Shown here one piece after another: positions 29,259-42,421 of a stretch of DNA of 64,000 nt (position 1 is the first letter of the stretch; each line of letters opens with the position of its first letter). The notes under the pieces were generated by a model. It saw only the letters and a program-made list of their open reading frames with translations. It was not told the origin of the DNA and did not search any database. The position numbers were made by a program, and so were the translations under genes. The stretch is from Clostridia bacterium (GTDB lineage Bacteria; Bacillota; Clostridia; JAAYHZ01): NCBI GenBank assembly GCA_050950825.1, contig JBMNIH010000010.1, forward strand, positions 160,001 to 224,000, given 5' to 3'.

Positions 29259-29684
29259 TTATTCGGATATGGCAAACATTAAAGAACACTCCGCCACAAG
29301 CTCGCCGTCAACCGTAGCCCTACCATTCCCAATGCCTATGTTTCCCATAATATTTTCGATTTCGGTTTCAAGGATTAACAGGTCTCCGGGAACCACTTTG
29401 CGTACGAATTTGGCGTTTTTTATTCTGCCTAAGAAAGCAAGCTTTCCCTTCATCTCATCCATGGTCATCAGCGCCACCGCTCCGGTCTGGGCGAGGGCCT
29501 CTAAAATCAATACTCCGGGCATCACCTTTACGTCCTTGAAATGACCTGCAAAAAACCACTCGTTTCCGCTGACGGCTTTTCGAGCCGTTGCGGATTTTCC
29601 GACCTTCAGTTGGTCTACGCGATCAATCATTAAAAAAGGTTCTCGGTGAGGCAGTATTTCCTTTATCTGTTCAATTCCAAGCAA
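29259..29684 (-). CDS. fabZ: 3-hydroxyacyl-ACP dehydratase
   Basis: LPHR.PFL.ID, F.GHF....MPGVL..EA.AQ motifs. Confidence 0.96.
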   Translation of the reverse strand: MLGIEQIKEILPHREPFLMIDRVDQLKVGKSATARKAVSGNEWFFAGHFKDVKVMPGVLILEALAQTGAVALMTMDEMKGKLAFLGRIKNAKFVRKVVPGDLLILETEIENIMGNIGIGNGRATVDGELVAECSLMFAISE

Positions 29685-29686
29685 CT

Positions 29687-30922
29687 TTATTCTCCCTTTC
29701 TAATCAAAAGCGTACTGTTGTGCCCCCCGAAGCCGAAGGAATTGGACAAAGCATATTCCGTGTTCATGGGACGAGCTTTGCCTTTGACGTAGTCCAAGTC
29801 GCATCCTTCTCCTTCCTTGATCAAGCCGATAGTAGGAGGAGCCATTCCGGCCTCCAGGGCCTTCACCGTTAGCAACGCTTCGACGGCACCTGCGGCACCC
29901 AGCATATGGGCCGTCATGGACTTGGTGGAGCTGACCAACAGCTTTTTGCTGTGCTCTCCGAAGCATTTTTTAATGGCATTGGTTTCGATAATGTCGTTTA
30001 AAGGAGTTCCGGTACCGTGAGCGTTGATGTAACCTATTTGTTCTTTATCAATGCCGGCTTCTAATATGGCCAACTCCATGGCTCTTGCTGCCCGGATTCC
30101 TTCAGGCATAGGGGCGGTTACGTGGTACGCATCGCATGTTTGACCGAAGCCGACAATTTCACCGTAAATTTTGGCGTTTCGTCTTTTAGCCGATTCTTCG
30201 CTTTCCAGCAACAAGAAAGCCGCTCCTTCTCCCATGACAAAGCCTTGTCGTTCTTCGTCAAAAGGAATGCATGCTCTTTTAGGATCCTTGCTTTCCGATA
30301 ACGCCTGCATTTGATGAAAGCCTTGCACGGCCAAATCCGTTAATACCGCTTCGGATCCTCCCGCCAAAGCGGCATCCAATCGGCCGTCCTTTATGGCGTA
30401 GTAGGCGTGGCCAATGGCATCCGTACCGGAGGAGCATGCCGAAACGACGGCGAAACAAGGTCCTTGCAGCGAAAGCTTGATGGCGATATTCCCCGCAGCA
30501 ATGTTGATGATGCTTTTGGGAATGAAGATAGCCGATACACCGATCGGACCTTGGCTCATCAGCAGGCGGTCTTGTTCGCATATGGTTTCCAAGCCCCCCA
30601 TGCCGCTTCCCAATACGACACCGACACGGTTTTTATCCAAATCGCCGTCATGTATACCGGCGTCATTCCAAGCTTCAAAAGCCGCCGCGAGGGCAAATTG
30701 TGTGAATAAATCCAACCGTTTCGCTTCTCTTTTGCTGACGGGTAAAACCGATTCAAAGTCTTTTACTTCTCCTGCAGCGGTTATACCCGTTTTTTCGGTG
30801 TCAAATTTTGTTGCGACATCGATGCCGCAAACACCTTCTACAGCCGATTGAAATGCGGTACTTGCATTGTTACCGATAGGGCAAACGGTCCCTAAACCGG
30901 TAATCATAACTCGATGCTTCAT
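29687..30922 (-). CDS. fabF: beta-ketoacyl-ACP synthase II
   Basis: SACSSG, NAHGTGT, AHMLGAAG, SFGFGGHN motifs. Confidence 0.95.
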   Translation of the reverse strand: MKHRVMITGLGTVCPIGNNASTAFQSAVEGVCGIDVATKFDTEKTGITAAGEVKDFESVLPVSKREAKRLDLFTQFALAAAFEAWNDAGIHDGDLDKNRVGVVLGSGMGGLETICEQDRLLMSQGPIGVSAIFIPKSIINIAAGNIAIKLSLQGPCFAVVSACSSGTDAIGHAYYAIKDGRLDAALAGGSEAVLTDLAVQGFHQMQALSESKDPKRACIPFDEERQGFVMGEGAAFLLLESEESAKRRNAKIYGEIVGFGQTCDAYHVTAPMPEGIRAARAMELAILEAGIDKEQIGYINAHGTGTPLNDIIETNAIKKCFGEHSKKLLVSSTKSMTAHMLGAAGAVEALLTVKALEAGMAPPTIGLIKEGEGCDLDYVKGKARPMNTEYALSNSFGFGGHNSTLLIRKGE

Positions 30923-30973
30923 ATGATTCATTCTCCTCAATTTCCAATAAAATCACACGCTTACTTCATGCGT

Positions 30974-31708
30974 TTATATAACCATGCCGCCGTCTACGAC
31001 AATCACCTGTCCCGTTATATACGAGGCGGCGTCACTGCACAAAAAAGCTACCACGCCGGCCACATCCGAAGGAGTGCCGAAGCGTTTCAAGGGGATACGG
31101 TCGAGCATATTCTTTTTAATGTCTTCGGGCAAAACATCGGTCATCGGCGTTTGGATGTATCCAGGAGCAACCGTATTAACGCAGATTCCTCTTCGAGCCG
31201 CTTCTTTTGCTACGGATTTACCGAATCCGATTATGGCGGCCTTGGATGCGGCGTAATTGGCTTGCCCGATGTTACCGGTAATGCCTACAACCGACGATAT
31301 GTTGATGATTCGACCTTGCCTTGCTTTCACTAAATGAGAAAGGGCTTCACGAGTGCAGTAAAAGCAGCTGTTCAGATTGGCTTTCATGACTTTTTCGAAT
31401 TGTTCGTCTTCCATTCTCATTAAAAGTGCGTCGTCGGTGATTCCGGCATTGTTAATCAAGGCATATAATCCTCCTAGCTCAAAGACGCAGGATTCCACAA
31501 CATTCTTGCAGTCATCGGATCCGGACAAGTCGCCTTTTAGCAAGGCGGCTCTTCTTCCTAAGCTTCCGATTTCGTTATATAGGCTTTTGGCTTGCTCTTC
31601 ACCGCTTCTGTAGTGGATGCCGATATCAAAACCGGATTTGGCAAGGGTTAATGCGATTTCTCTTCCGATGCCTCCGGATGCGCCGGTAACCAATGCAACC
31701 TTTGTCAA
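30974..31708 (-). CDS. fabG: 3-oxoacyl-ACP reductase
   Basis: [20 protein letters not shown] motifs. Confidence 0.95.
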   Translation of the reverse strand: MTKVALVTGASGGIGREIALTLAKSGFDIGIHYRSGEEQAKSLYNEIGSLGRRAALLKGDLSGSDDCKNVVESCVFELGGLYALINNAGITDDALLMRMEDEQFEKVMKANLNSCFYCTREALSHLVKARQGRIINISSVVGITGNIGQANYAASKAAIIGFGKSVAKEAARRGICVNTVAPGYIQTPMTDVLPEDIKKNMLDRIPLKRFGTPSDVAGVVAFLCSDAASYITGQVIVVDGGMVI

Positions 31709-32688
31709 CTTTCCTCACTTCCTTTACCTTGAATGCGGGACAATTCCAAGAGCATCGCCGCATTCTTTTCGAACAAACGATGATCGAATAAATCTCTCAC
31801 AATCTCCTCGGTGGTCTGTACGGAATCCAAAAGACAGGCGCATTGGCCGGACATGAAGGAACCGTTTTTTAAGTCCCCCTCTAAAACGGCTCTGCGAAGA
31901 GACCCTTCTCCTAATTTTTCGATCTGTTCGGCTCCGTTATCCGTATACTCCAGCTGTAGCATTCTTCTGCATAAGTCGTTACGAAGCAGGCGAACCGGAT
32001 GCCCCGTGGATCGGCCGGTAACGCGGACATCCGTGTCTTTTGCGCCGATTATTTTTTTCTTGTAATTTTCATGGGCGTTACAGGATGCGGAGAGTATAAA
32101 GCGGGTGCCTACCTGTACGCCGGATGCCCCTAAGCAGAAGGCCGCCGCAACGGAATTGGCGTCCCATATACCGCCGGCTGCAACGACCGGCAGGGATACG
32201 GAACGTACGACATTGGGTACCAATACCATGGTTGTCATTTCTCCTATATGGCCTCCCGCCTCGCAGCCCTCGGCAATTACAAAATCGGCACCGGCTTTTT
32301 CCATCATGACCGCCAATCCGCTGCTGGCTACAACGGCGGCAACCGTAATTCCGGCTTTCTTCCACATCTCGATATAGTCTCTCGGATTTCCCGCACCGGT
32401 GATAACCACGGGAACTTTTTCGTTTGCCGCAAGCTCCGCCACTTCTTTTACATAAGGGCTCAAAAGCATGATGTTGACTCCGAAAGGACGGTCTGTCAAT
32501 GTACGAATCTTATCGATTTGTTCTTTTACCCAAGAAGGAGGAGCGTTACCCGCTGCAATAACGCCCAAGCCTCCGGCATTGGAAACCGAAGCCGCCAAAT
32601 CCGCATCGGCAATCCAAGCCATTCCCCCTTGGATCAGCGGATACTCGGTTTTCAAAAGATCTTTTAATTTGGATAACCGGTTAAGCAT
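31705..32688 (-). CDS. fabK: enoyl-ACP reductase II
   Basis: QGGMAW, EG.EAGGHIG, GTRF motifs; fab context. Confidence 0.92.
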   Translation of the reverse strand: MLNRLSKLKDLLKTEYPLIQGGMAWIADADLAASVSNAGGLGVIAAGNAPPSWVKEQIDKIRTLTDRPFGVNIMLLSPYVKEVAELAANEKVPVVITGAGNPRDYIEMWKKAGITVAAVVASSGLAVMMEKAGADFVIAEGCEAGGHIGEMTTMVLVPNVVRSVSLPVVAAGGIWDANSVAAAFCLGASGVQVGTRFILSASCNAHENYKKKIIGAKDTDVRVTGRSTGHPVRLLRNDLCRRMLQLEYTDNGAEQIEKLGEGSLRRAVLEGDLKNGSFMSGQCACLLDSVQTTEEIVRDLFDHRLFEKNAAMLLELSRIQGKGSEES

Positions 32689-32923
32689 TTTTTGCTTCCT
32701 CTAAGTAAGAAACCAACTGTCCTACCGTTTCGATTTCTTCGAGTTTCTCGTTATCAATTTTTATACCGGTAGCCTTTTCCAGCTCAATCAGCATTTCTAC
32801 CATGTCCAAGGAATCCATGGTAAAATCGTCGTTGAAGGAGCTGCCGTCCTTAATCTCTTCCCTCGATAAATCCAATTGATCCATTAAAATTTTCGCTACG
32901 ATTTCCCTCATATTTTCTTTCAT
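32681..32923 (-). CDS. acpP: acyl carrier protein
   Basis: Acidic small protein with DSLD motif. Confidence 0.93.
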   Translation of the reverse strand: MKENMREIVAKILMDQLDLSREEIKDGSSFNDDFTMDSLDMVEMLIELEKATGIKIDNEKLEEIETVGQLVSYLEEAKNA

Positions 32924-32953
32924 GATGAATACCTCCAAATTTTTATATATTTT

Positions 32954-33931
32954 TTATTCAAGCGTCCAGTCGATCACGACACCGCCCCATGTCAGTCCCG
33001 AACCGAAACCGATGAGAGCGATTCTGTCGCCCGGCGCAAGCCATCTTTGGGTATAGGCATCCCATAAAGCCAGCAAAATACTGGCTGAGGACGTGTTTGC
33101 AAATTTTGAAAGATTGATGAAAAATTGATCTTGTTTGAATCCCGTGATTCTGGCCACATATTCAATGATTCTTGAATTGGCTTGATGAGGAATGATTTTG
33201 GTAAAGGGTTTGTCTTTACACTTTTCTTTAAGAAGGGTTATGGTGTCGGCCAAAACCTCCGAAGCAAAGGTAAAAACCTCACGGCCCTTCATAACCAGCT
33301 TGGTATTTTGCTCGGAAGGATACCGGTACCAAGGCGTGTCGTCGTCTTTGTTTTTAATAGTCAACACGTTTTCCTCGTCGCTTTTTCCCATTAAAACAGG
33401 ATAATGAATCGATCCCTCGGAAGACCGGCGTAAAACAATGGCTCCCGCTCCGTCTCCGAACAATACGCATGTCGACCGGTCCGCCCAATCGATATGTTTG
33501 GATATTCCTTCTCCGGCTAACACGAGAGCGTTGTCCAGCTGCAGCGTATCCATCAAGGAAGCCGCCGTAACCAAGCCGTATATAAATCCGGTACAGCCTG
33601 CGGAAACGTCAAAGGCGGGACAATCGGATATGCCTAACTCCCTTTGTACACTGCCGGCTAAGGTAGGAACGCGATCCGTAGAGGCTATGGTACTGGCAAT
33701 GACCAGTTGTATGTCGCGAACGGACAAGCCCGCTTTTTCAATGGCTTTTTTGCTTGCTTCGACACTTATGGAAACCGTCGTATCGTCCGTAAGAATATAT
33801 CTTTGTTTGATGCCGGTTCTTTGGACTATCCATTCGTCACTGGTATCAACAATTTGCTCCATCATTTTGTTCGTTACGATTAATTTCGGCAGCCCTTCGC
33901 CGATGCCGACTATTTTAACCGGTGCAATCAA
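32954..33931 (-). CDS. fabH: beta-ketoacyl-ACP synthase III
   Basis: DTSDEWI..RTGI, AGCTGF, PHQAN, NTSSAS, GFGSGLTWG motifs. Confidence 0.94.
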   Translation of the reverse strand: MIAPVKIVGIGEGLPKLIVTNKMMEQIVDTSDEWIVQRTGIKQRYILTDDTTVSISVEASKKAIEKAGLSVRDIQLVIASTIASTDRVPTLAGSVQRELGISDCPAFDVSAGCTGFIYGLVTAASLMDTLQLDNALVLAGEGISKHIDWADRSTCVLFGDGAGAIVLRRSSEGSIHYPVLMGKSDEENVLTIKNKDDDTPWYRYPSEQNTKLVMKGREVFTFASEVLADTITLLKEKCKDKPFTKIIPHQANSRIIEYVARITGFKQDQFFINLSKFANTSSASILLALWDAYTQRWLAPGDRIALIGFGSGLTWGGVVIDWTLE

Positions 33932-33962
33932 TTGTGATCTCCTTTCGCAACAGCGGTAAAAA

Positions 33963-34030
33963 ATATTACTAGGTAATAATACTATATGCTATTAGTAAGT
34001 GATACTAACACAAAACAAAAATCTTGTCAA
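33963..34030 (-). promoter_or_regulatory. fab promoter with FapR operators
   Basis: TTAGTA-N5-TACTAA (33992-34008) overlaps the -10 of TTGACA-N17-TAGTAT; second degenerate box at 33963-33979. Confidence 0.8.
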
Positions 34031-34187
34031 GGATATTTCCCAAAAATAAGTGCAAATAAAAGGAAAAAAAGGAGATAGTAGGAGGTTAAACTGAAAATCC
34101 GAATTATCCGTTCAGCTTTGCTAATAGAAACTGCAATAAATGGTAAGAAAGGGGAAGAAAATATTCTTTAAAAATTAAAAAAATTCC

Positions 34188-34216
34188 TTGACATCGGATG
34201 ACGGTATATGTATAAT
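34188..34216 (+). promoter_or_regulatory. sigmaA promoter of ilv-leu operon
   Basis: TTGACA-N17-TATAAT. Confidence 0.85.
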
Positions 34217-34235
34217 ACTCTTCAAATTTATAAAG

Positions 34236-34511
34236 GCTAGGATGAAGACGAGTATATTCACAAGAATTTTACAGAAAGTTTGCGGTTGATGGAAGCAAAT
34301 AAATTCCGAATATACGAATCCCTTCGGAGCCGTTGTCCCGAAATCTTTCTTCATAAGAAGAGCAGGAGAGTAAGGGCAAACGGGAAGTCCCGTTACAGAC
34401 AAAGGTTTTGTTAGAGACTGGTTAATTGGTTCGAATAGCGGACAAAGAAAGGGATATAACGATTGGAAAATTATACCCCGTCTCTTCACATACGAAGAGG
34501 CGGTTTTTTTT
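34236..34511 (+). promoter_or_regulatory. T-box leader with atypical antiterminator; specifier probably AUC (Ile)
   Basis: GATGAAG..AGTA, AGAAAG, GGTTGATGGAAG, GAATCC-CTTC-GGAGC, stem II with AGTA/GAA, CCGTTA F-box, terminator CCGTCTCTTC/GAAGAGGCGG-T8. Confidence 0.8.
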
Positions 34512-34558
34512 AAACAAAAATATAAGCTTTTGTAATGAGTTCCACAAAGGAGGTTGCC

Positions 34559-35059
34559 ATGGATAGCCATATCGTGTCGTTTCTGGTATCGAATCATCCG
34601 GGTGTGCTGTACAGGATTACCGGGTTGTTCAGAAGAAGAGGGTATAACATTGACAGTATTACGGTAGGAGTTACAACCGATCCGAAAATATCGAGGATTA
34701 CCATTGTCCTATGTGCCGACGATCGACTTTTAGGACAGATAATTAACCAACTGAAAAAGCTTATTGACGTGAAGAAAGTCAAGATATTAAAGAAAGAAGA
34801 ATCGGTTTTACGGGAAATGGCGCTGGTCAAAGTGAAACTGGAAAAGGACGAGGAGGAACGGGTAAAGCTTATTGAAACCATCGAGATTTTATCCGGACGA
34901 ATCGTGGATATCGGAGTCGAAACATGCATGGTTCAATTTTACGGAAGCTTTGAGGTGATCAACAAAGCCATCGCTTCCTTGGAACCCTTCGGTATCGTGG
35001 AAGTGGCGAGAACAGGTATGGTTGCCGTTCAAAGAGGCGACGGTACCATTGAAGACTGA
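34559..35059 (+). CDS. ilvN: acetolactate synthase small subunit
   Basis: N.PGVL.RI.GLF.RRGYNIDS, E.ARTG motifs. Confidence 0.95.
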   Translation: MDSHIVSFLVSNHPGVLYRITGLFRRRGYNIDSITVGVTTDPKISRITIVLCADDRLLGQIINQLKKLIDVKKVKILKKEESVLREMALVKVKLEKDEEERVKLIETIEILSGRIVDIGVETCMVQFYGSFEVINKAIASLEPFGIVEVARTGMVAVQRGDGTIED

Positions 35060-35084
35060 CAAAAGACATTTTAAAAATTTCTAA

Positions 35085-36113
<1,029 letters not shown>

Positions 36114-36123
36114 TTGACGAATA

Positions 36124-36154
36124 TCGGGAGAATTCCTTTTAAGGATTCTCCCGA
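36124..36154. terminator. intra-operon hairpin after ilvC
   Basis: TCGGGAGAAT/ATTCTCCCGA stem, no T tail on + strand. Confidence 0.5.
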
Positions 36155-36269
36155 ATAAAAAATCCGTATATGTAAAGGTATATCGTTTTATGACAAAGGG
36201 TTTTACCGGCCGGACGACTCTTGAATACTAGGATAAAGATATCGAAGGTATCAATTGAAAGGATGTCAA

Positions 36270-37859
36270 ATGGATAATAGGAGAGTATATATATTTGATT
36301 CGACATTAAGAGATGGAGCACAAGCAAGAGGAATATCGTTTTCGTTATCTGACAAATTGAATATGCTTAAGCTGCTGGATTCTTTAGGGATCGACTATAT
36401 CGAAGCCGGAAACCCCGCATCGAATCCCAAAGAAAAAGCTTTTTTTGAAAAAGCAAAGGACGTGGAGCTTCGGTATGCAAAACTGACGGCTTTCGGCAGT
36501 ACACGAAGGAAAAATTCAAAAATAGAAGAGGATCCCGGAATTCAAGCGCTGCTCTCGGCGGATACCGAAACGGTAGCTATTTTCGGGAAATCATGGGACC
36601 TGCACGTTACCCATGTGCTGCAAACCACTCTTGAAGAAAACCTGAGCATGGTGAAGGATACTCTGTCTTTCTTTAAAGAAAAAGGAAAAGAAGTGATTTT
36701 CGATGCCGAGCACTTTTTTGACGGCTACAAAGCCAATCCGGACTATGCCATGAGGGTATTGGAGGCTGCGGAGCAGGGAGGAGCCGATTGCTTGGTGTTA
36801 TGCGACACCAACGGAGGAACCTTGACCCATGAAACGGAGGAAATCGTGAAGGCCGTCATAAAAAATACGAAAACCATGGTCGGCATTCATGCCCACAACG
36901 ATTCCGAAACGGCCGTATCCAATTCCATCGCGGCGGTCTTGCACGGGGCGCGCCATGTGCAGGGTACCCTGATCGGGTTCGGAGAAAGATGCGGGAATGC
37001 CCGATTAACCTCCATAATCCCCAATCTTCAATTAAAAATGGGTTATCGATGCATACCGGAGGATAAAATGATTCTTTTGTCTTCCGTTGCAAGGGAAGCC
37101 GCCGAAATATCCAACGCCGCTTTGGACGAAAAGCTGCCTTACATAGGGCAGGATGCTTTTGCCCACAAAGGAGGCATGCATATTGACGGCGTAAGAAAGG
37201 TAAAAGAATCCTTCGAGCACATTAAGCCGGAATGGGTAGGCAACAAACGAAACTTCTTAATATCCGAAGTGGCGGGAAGAAGCGCCCTGGTTTTGAAGCT
37301 GCAGCATCGATTCCCCGAGTTGGTCGAGGACAAAGAGGCTTTGCAGAAGATTACGGATAAATTAAAGGATTTGGAGCAAGAAGGATACAGCTTTGAAGGT
37401 GCCGAAAGCAGCTTCGAATTGATGGTATTGAAAGAATTGGGTCGGCACAAGCCGAGCTTTACGCTGGAACACTTTAAAGTGATTGACGAGCACAGCGGCG
37501 GGGAGAAGGAGCAATTTGCCTCCTATGCCGTGGTGAAAGTGAAGGTTGACGGAACCAACCGAATGGCGGCAGCGGAAGGAAACGGTCCGGTCAATGCATT
37601 GGATAAAGCCTTAAGAGAAGCCTTAGTGGAGTTTTATCCGGAACTGAAGAAGATCGTTTTGCAAGACTATAAGGTCCGTGTATTGGATACGAAGATGGGA
37701 ACGGAAGCGGTGGTTCGCGTTGTGATCGAAACCAAAGACGAAGAACATATGTGGACCACTTTGGGAGTATCTACGGACGTGATCGAGGCCAGCTTGATAG
37801 CTTTAATCGATTCCATCGAGTACAAATTATGGGAAGTAAAATCGAAAAAGGAGCGGTAA
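36270..37859 (+). CDS. cimA: citramalate synthase (LeuA/CimA family)
   Basis: [39 protein letters not shown] motifs. Confidence 0.88.
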   Translation: MDNRRVYIFDSTLRDGAQARGISFSLSDKLNMLKLLDSLGIDYIEAGNPASNPKEKAFFEKAKDVELRYAKLTAFGSTRRKNSKIEEDPGIQALLSADTETVAIFGKSWDLHVTHVLQTTLEENLSMVKDTLSFFKEKGKEVIFDAEHFFDGYKANPDYAMRVLEAAEQGGADCLVLCDTNGGTLTHETEEIVKAVIKNTKTMVGIHAHNDSETAVSNSIAAVLHGARHVQGTLIGFGERCGNARLTSIIPNLQLKMGYRCIPEDKMILLSSVAREAAEISNAALDEKLPYIGQDAFAHKGGMHIDGVRKVKESFEHIKPEWVGNKRNFLISEVAGRSALVLKLQHRFPELVEDKEALQKITDKLKDLEQEGYSFEGAESSFELMVLKELGRHKPSFTLEHFKVIDEHSGGEKEQFASYAVVKVKVDGTNRMAAAEGNGPVNALDKALREALVEFYPELKKIVLQDYKVRVLDTKMGTEAVVRVVIETKDEEHMWTTLGVSTDVIEASLIALIDSIEYKLWEVKSKKER

Positions 37860-37863
37860 AAAT

Positions 37864-39126
37864 ATGGGAATGACAATGACTCAGAAAATATTGGCCAAGA
37901 AGGCGAACCTGCCTTATGTCGAAGCGGGCCAATTCGTAAAATGCCAAACAGACATGATACTGGGGAACGACATAACCGCCCCGGTTGCCATAAAAGAAAT
38001 GGAAAAAAAGAAGGTTCAAAAGGTTTTCGACAAGTCGAAAATCGCGCTGGTTCCCGACCATTTTACTCCGAATAAGGATATCAAAGCGGCGGAGAACTGC
38101 AAATGCATGAGAGAATTCGCCTATAGAATGGGCATTGAACACTATTTTGAAGTGGGGGAAATGGGAGTCGAGCATGCTCTTCTGCCGGAGAAAGGCTTGG
38201 TAACGGCAGGAGATTTGGTTATCGGAGCCGATTCTCATACCTGTACCTACGGCGCGTTAGGGGCCTTTTCCACCGGTGTGGGCAGCACGGACATTGCGGC
38301 GGCTATGGCGACGGGATATGCTTGGTTCAAGGTTCCCGGCGCGTTAAGATTTCATCTTACCGGAAAATTACGCCCCCATGTATCCGGCAAAGACGTTATC
38401 CTCCACATCATCGGAATGATCGGCGTAGACGGCGCGCTATACAAATCCATGGAATTTACGGGAGACGGTATCGGAAATCTGTCCATGGACGATCGCTTTA
38501 CCGTTGCGAATATGGCCATTGAAGCCGGCGGAAAAAACGGTATATTCCCGGTGGACGACAAAACATTGGAATATATAAAGGAGCATTCGAAAAAACCCTA
38601 TGAAATATTTGAAGCCGACGAAGACGCCGTCTATGAAAAGACATACCGGGTGGATCTATCCGAAATACCCTTGACGGTGGCGTTTCCCCATTTGCCGGAC
38701 AATACAAGGCCGGTGGAAAAGGCGGGAGACATTACCATCGACCAAGTGGTTATCGGGTCCTGCACCAACGGGAGATTGTCCGACTTGAAGGTTGCCGCCG
38801 AAATATTAAAAGGGCGCAAAGTGAAAAAAGGCGTTCGGGCGATCGTTATACCCGCCACACAGAAAATCTGGATGGAAGCCATGAAATTAGGCTATTTGGA
38901 AACCTTCATGGAGGCCGGATGCGTGGTAAGCACACCCACATGCGGACCCTGCTTAGGCGGTCACATGGGCATTTTGGCCGCCGGTGAAAGAGCCGTTACC
39001 ACTACCAACCGCAACTTCAAGGGAAGAATGGGTCATGTTACATCGGAAGTATATTTGGCAAGCCCTGCGGTAGCTGCAGCCAGTGCGGTGGCAGGAAGGA
39101 TTGTCGGTCCGGATCAATTGGATTGA
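37864..39126 (+). CDS. leuC: 3-isopropylmalate dehydratase large subunit
   Basis: DSHTCT, GSCTNGR, CGPCLG motifs. Confidence 0.95.
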   Translation: MGMTMTQKILAKKANLPYVEAGQFVKCQTDMILGNDITAPVAIKEMEKKKVQKVFDKSKIALVPDHFTPNKDIKAAENCKCMREFAYRMGIEHYFEVGEMGVEHALLPEKGLVTAGDLVIGADSHTCTYGALGAFSTGVGSTDIAAAMATGYAWFKVPGALRFHLTGKLRPHVSGKDVILHIIGMIGVDGALYKSMEFTGDGIGNLSMDDRFTVANMAIEAGGKNGIFPVDDKTLEYIKEHSKKPYEIFEADEDAVYEKTYRVDLSEIPLTVAFPHLPDNTRPVEKAGDITIDQVVIGSCTNGRLSDLKVAAEILKGRKVKKGVRAIVIPATQKIWMEAMKLGYLETFMEAGCVVSTPTCGPCLGGHMGILAAGERAVTTTNRNFKGRMGHVTSEVYLASPAVAAASAVAGRIVGPDQLD

Positions 39127-39155
39127 CTTTAAAAGATGAACAGGAGGTATGTTGT

Positions 39156-39638
39156 ATGATGATACAAGGAAGAGTTTTTAAATACGGTGACCACGTGGAC
39201 ACCGACGTTATCATACCGGCAAGATATTTGAATACCACGGACCCTGCGGAGCTGGCAAAGCACTGCATGGAGGACATTGATAAAACTTTCGTTGACCGCG
39301 TAAAAGAAGGAGACATTATGGTAGCCGGCATCAATTTCGGATGCGGCTCTTCCCGAGAACATGCTCCTATTGCCATAAAGGCTTCCGGAATACGTTGCGT
39401 CATTGCCAAGTCCTTTGCACGAATCTTCTTTCGAAACGCCATTAATACCGGATTGACCATTATGGAATGCGAGGAAGCGGCGGAAGAGATAAAAGAAGGC
39501 GACGAAGTGAAGGTGGACCCGACAAAAGGTACCATTACAAATGTAACGACGGGAAAAACGTATAAAGCACAGCCCTTCCCCGATTTCTTGCAGGAAATCA
39601 TTTCGGCAGGCGGTTTGTTGAACACATTGGATATTTAG
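39156..39638 (+). CDS. leuD: 3-isopropylmalate dehydratase small subunit
   Basis: [22 protein letters not shown] motifs. Confidence 0.95.
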   Translation: MMIQGRVFKYGDHVDTDVIIPARYLNTTDPAELAKHCMEDIDKTFVDRVKEGDIMVAGINFGCGSSREHAPIAIKASGIRCVIAKSFARIFFRNAINTGLTIMECEEAAEEIKEGDEVKVDPTKGTITNVTTGKTYKAQPFPDFLQEIISAGGLLNTLDI

Positions 39639-39662
39639 ATTTGAAGGAGACGGAAAAGAACT

Positions 39663-40721
39663 ATGACATACAAAATAGCCGTGATACCCGGAGACGGTAT
39701 CGGACCTGAAGTGATGGATGAAACCGTTAAGGTTTTGGATTGCGTGGCGAAAAAATTCGGTTTGGATTTTCATTACACGTATTTGAAAGCGGGAGGATGC
39801 GCTTACGACGAATACGGCGATCCTCTTCCGGACGTAACGCTGGAAACGGCGTTAAAATGCGATGCCGTAATGTTAGGCGCGGTAGGGGGACCTAAATGGG
39901 ATGAGCTTCCGGTGGACAAAAGGCCGGAAAAGGCACTTTTAGGCCTTCGTAAATCCTTAGGGTTGTTTGCCAACTTAAGGCCGGCGGTTCTTTTCCCCCA
40001 ATTGGCGGATGCCTGCCCGTTAAAAGAAGAGATCACCAAAAACGGATTGGATATTTTGGTGGTGCGGGAGCTTACCGGAGGCATCTATTTCGGGAAAAGA
40101 GCCACCGAAGGCGATGTTGCCTATGATACCATGACCTACAGCGTGAAGGAGATCGAAAGAATCACTCATGTGGCCATGAAAGCCGCCATGATGAGAAGCA
40201 AAAGGGTTTGCAGTGTAGACAAAGCCAATATTCTGGACTCTTCAAGGCTTTGGAGAAAGACCGTGAAGGAAGTGGCCAAAGAGTATCCTGAGATTCAGTT
40301 AGACCATATGTACGTAGACAATGCGTCCATGCAGCTGATTCGAAAACCTTCTCAATTTGACGTTATCGTAACGGGAAATATGTTCGGAGATATTTTATCG
40401 GACGAGGCAGCCATGCTCACGGGATCCATCGGAATGCTTCCCTCCGCCAGCTTGGGAGAAGGAAATATCGGGATGTACGAACCGGTTCACGGATCCGCTC
40501 CGGATATTGCCGGAAGGAACATTGCCAATCCCTTGGCCACGATTATGTCCGCCGCCATGATGTTAAGGTATTCCTTCGGGCTGGAGGATGCGGCGAAGGC
40601 CGTAGAAGAGGCCGTTTCCAAAACGCTGGACCAAGGATTTAGAACCGCCGACATTGCCGGCAGAGAACGCAATATAGTAAGTACCAAGGAAATGGGCGAT
40701 GCGGTGGCAAGAAATATATAG
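39663..40721 (+). CDS. leuB: 3-isopropylmalate dehydrogenase
   Basis: [29 protein letters not shown] motifs. Confidence 0.96.
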   Translation: MTYKIAVIPGDGIGPEVMDETVKVLDCVAKKFGLDFHYTYLKAGGCAYDEYGDPLPDVTLETALKCDAVMLGAVGGPKWDELPVDKRPEKALLGLRKSLGLFANLRPAVLFPQLADACPLKEEITKNGLDILVVRELTGGIYFGKRATEGDVAYDTMTYSVKEIERITHVAMKAAMMRSKRVCSVDKANILDSSRLWRKTVKEVAKEYPEIQLDHMYVDNASMQLIRKPSQFDVIVTGNMFGDILSDEAAMLTGSIGMLPSASLGEGNIGMYEPVHGSAPDIAGRNIANPLATIMSAAMMLRYSFGLEDAAKAVEEAVSKTLDQGFRTADIAGRERNIVSTKEMGDAVARNI

Positions 40722-40732
40722 AGGTGTGAAAT

Positions 40733-42394
40733 ATGAGAAGCGATTATGTTAAAAAAGCCGTAAAATGTGCACCCCAGCGTTCTCTGTTCAAGGCCATGGG
40801 GTTCACGGATTATGAATTGACCCTTCCCTTGATCGGTATTATCCACGCGGGAAGCGAGATTGTGCCCGGACATATTCATTTGGATAAGATTGCCCGGGCG
40901 GTGGCGGAAGGCGTGCGAAGCGCCGGAGGAACACCGGTGATTATGCCGGTGATCGGTGTGTGCGACGGCATCGCCATGGGCCATGAAGGAATGAAATATT
41001 CCTTGGCTTCTAGAGAATTGATTGCCGACAGCGTGGAAACCATGCTGACCGCGCATGCTTTTGATGCCGCCGTTTTAATCCCCAACTGCGATAAAATCGT
41101 ACCCGGAATGATGATGGGTGCGGCTCGGGTGAATATCCCTTCCATTGTTGTAAGCGGCGGACCTATGCTTTCCGGGAAAAGCAGAGGAAGCAAGGATTTC
41201 AGTTTGACGGATATGTTTGAAGCGGTTGGCGCCTACAGCGTCGGAAGGATCGACGAAAACCAAGTGGCGGATTTCGAAAACAAAGCTTGCCCGGGCTGCG
41301 GCTCCTGCTCCGGTATGTTTACTGCCAACAGCATGAACTGCTTGACGGAAGCTTTGGGGATCGCATTGCCGGGAAACGGTACCGTTCCGGCCGTCTATGC
41401 CGAACGGATTCGTTTGGCCAAAATGACGGGCTTTCAGATCATGAGGTTGTTGAAAGACGATATTCGGCCGTCGGATATATTTACTCCCGAAGCCTTTGAA
41501 AACGCATTGGCGTTGGATATGGCCTTAGGCTGCTCCACCAATTCCGTTTTACACCTGCCGGCCATAGCCCATGAGGTGGGAATTCGAATCGATTTGGACA
41601 AAGTCAATGAAATCAGCGAACGAACTCCGAATCTTTGCCGCTTAAGCCCGGCGGGCAACCACTTTATGGAGGACCTGTATTTTGCGGGGGGCGTATCGGC
41701 GGTGCTGAACGAATTGATAAAGAACAATCTGATTCATGAGGACTGCATGACGGTTTCCGGCTGCACCGTTAAAGAAAGAGTCAAGGACAGCGAAATAACG
41801 GACCCGAATGTAATCAGAAGCTGCCAAAACCCCTATTCTCCGAAAGGCGGAATTGCGGTATTAAGAGGAAACATTGCTCCTTTGGGCTGTGTCGTGAAAC
41901 AGTCGGCGGTAGACGAGAAAATGATGGTTCATACCGGACCGGCTCGTGTGTTTGACGGCGAAGAAGAAGCTATTGCCGCCATATATGCCGGAAAAATCAA
42001 AAAAGGCGACGTGGTGGTCATCCGATACGAAGGACCGGCCGGCGGCCCGGGAATGAGAGAGATGTTGAATCCTACGTCGGCCATCGTGGGAATGGGCTTG
42101 GACAAAGACGTGGCGTTAATAACGGACGGACGATTCAGCGGGGCCACTAGAGGAGCGGCTATCGGCCACATATCTCCGGAAGCCTTCTCGAAAGGACCCA
42201 TTGCCGCGGTACAAGAAGGAGACCTTATCACCATCGACATTCCGAAAAAGACCCTTACATTGAACGTGGAGGATTCCGTTATAAAGAAAAGATTGGACGC
42301 CATTCCTCAACCTGAACCCAAGGTAAAAAAAGGTTGGCTGCATCGATATGCAAGAATGGTTTCTTCGGCAGACCAAGGAGCCGTATTGAAATAA
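40733..42394 (+). CDS. ilvD: dihydroxy-acid dehydratase
   Basis: [26 protein letters not shown] motifs. Confidence 0.96.
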   Translation: MRSDYVKKAVKCAPQRSLFKAMGFTDYELTLPLIGIIHAGSEIVPGHIHLDKIARAVAEGVRSAGGTPVIMPVIGVCDGIAMGHEGMKYSLASRELIADSVETMLTAHAFDAAVLIPNCDKIVPGMMMGAARVNIPSIVVSGGPMLSGKSRGSKDFSLTDMFEAVGAYSVGRIDENQVADFENKACPGCGSCSGMFTANSMNCLTEALGIALPGNGTVPAVYAERIRLAKMTGFQIMRLLKDDIRPSDIFTPEAFENALALDMALGCSTNSVLHLPAIAHEVGIRIDLDKVNEISERTPNLCRLSPAGNHFMEDLYFAGGVSAVLNELIKNNLIHEDCMTVSGCTVKERVKDSEITDPNVIRSCQNPYSPKGGIAVLRGNIAPLGCVVKQSAVDEKMMVHTGPARVFDGEEEAIAAIYAGKIKKGDVVVIRYEGPAGGPGMREMLNPTSAIVGMGLDKDVALITDGRFSGATRGAAIGHISPEAFSKGPIAAVQEGDLITIDIPKKTLTLNVEDSVIKKRLDAIPQPEPKVKKGWLHRYARMVSSADQGAVLK

Positions 42395-42421
42395 AGAATA
42401 TAGGAAGAGAGGATAAGGGAT

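Noticed and set aside
34175-34597. 140-aa minus-strand ORF
   Set aside because: Antisense to the T-box leader and promoter; no protein features
39038-39773. Long antisense ORFs (195 and 214 aa) and similar ones across the window
   Set aside because: Shadow frames of well-supported genes, with no RBS or motifs
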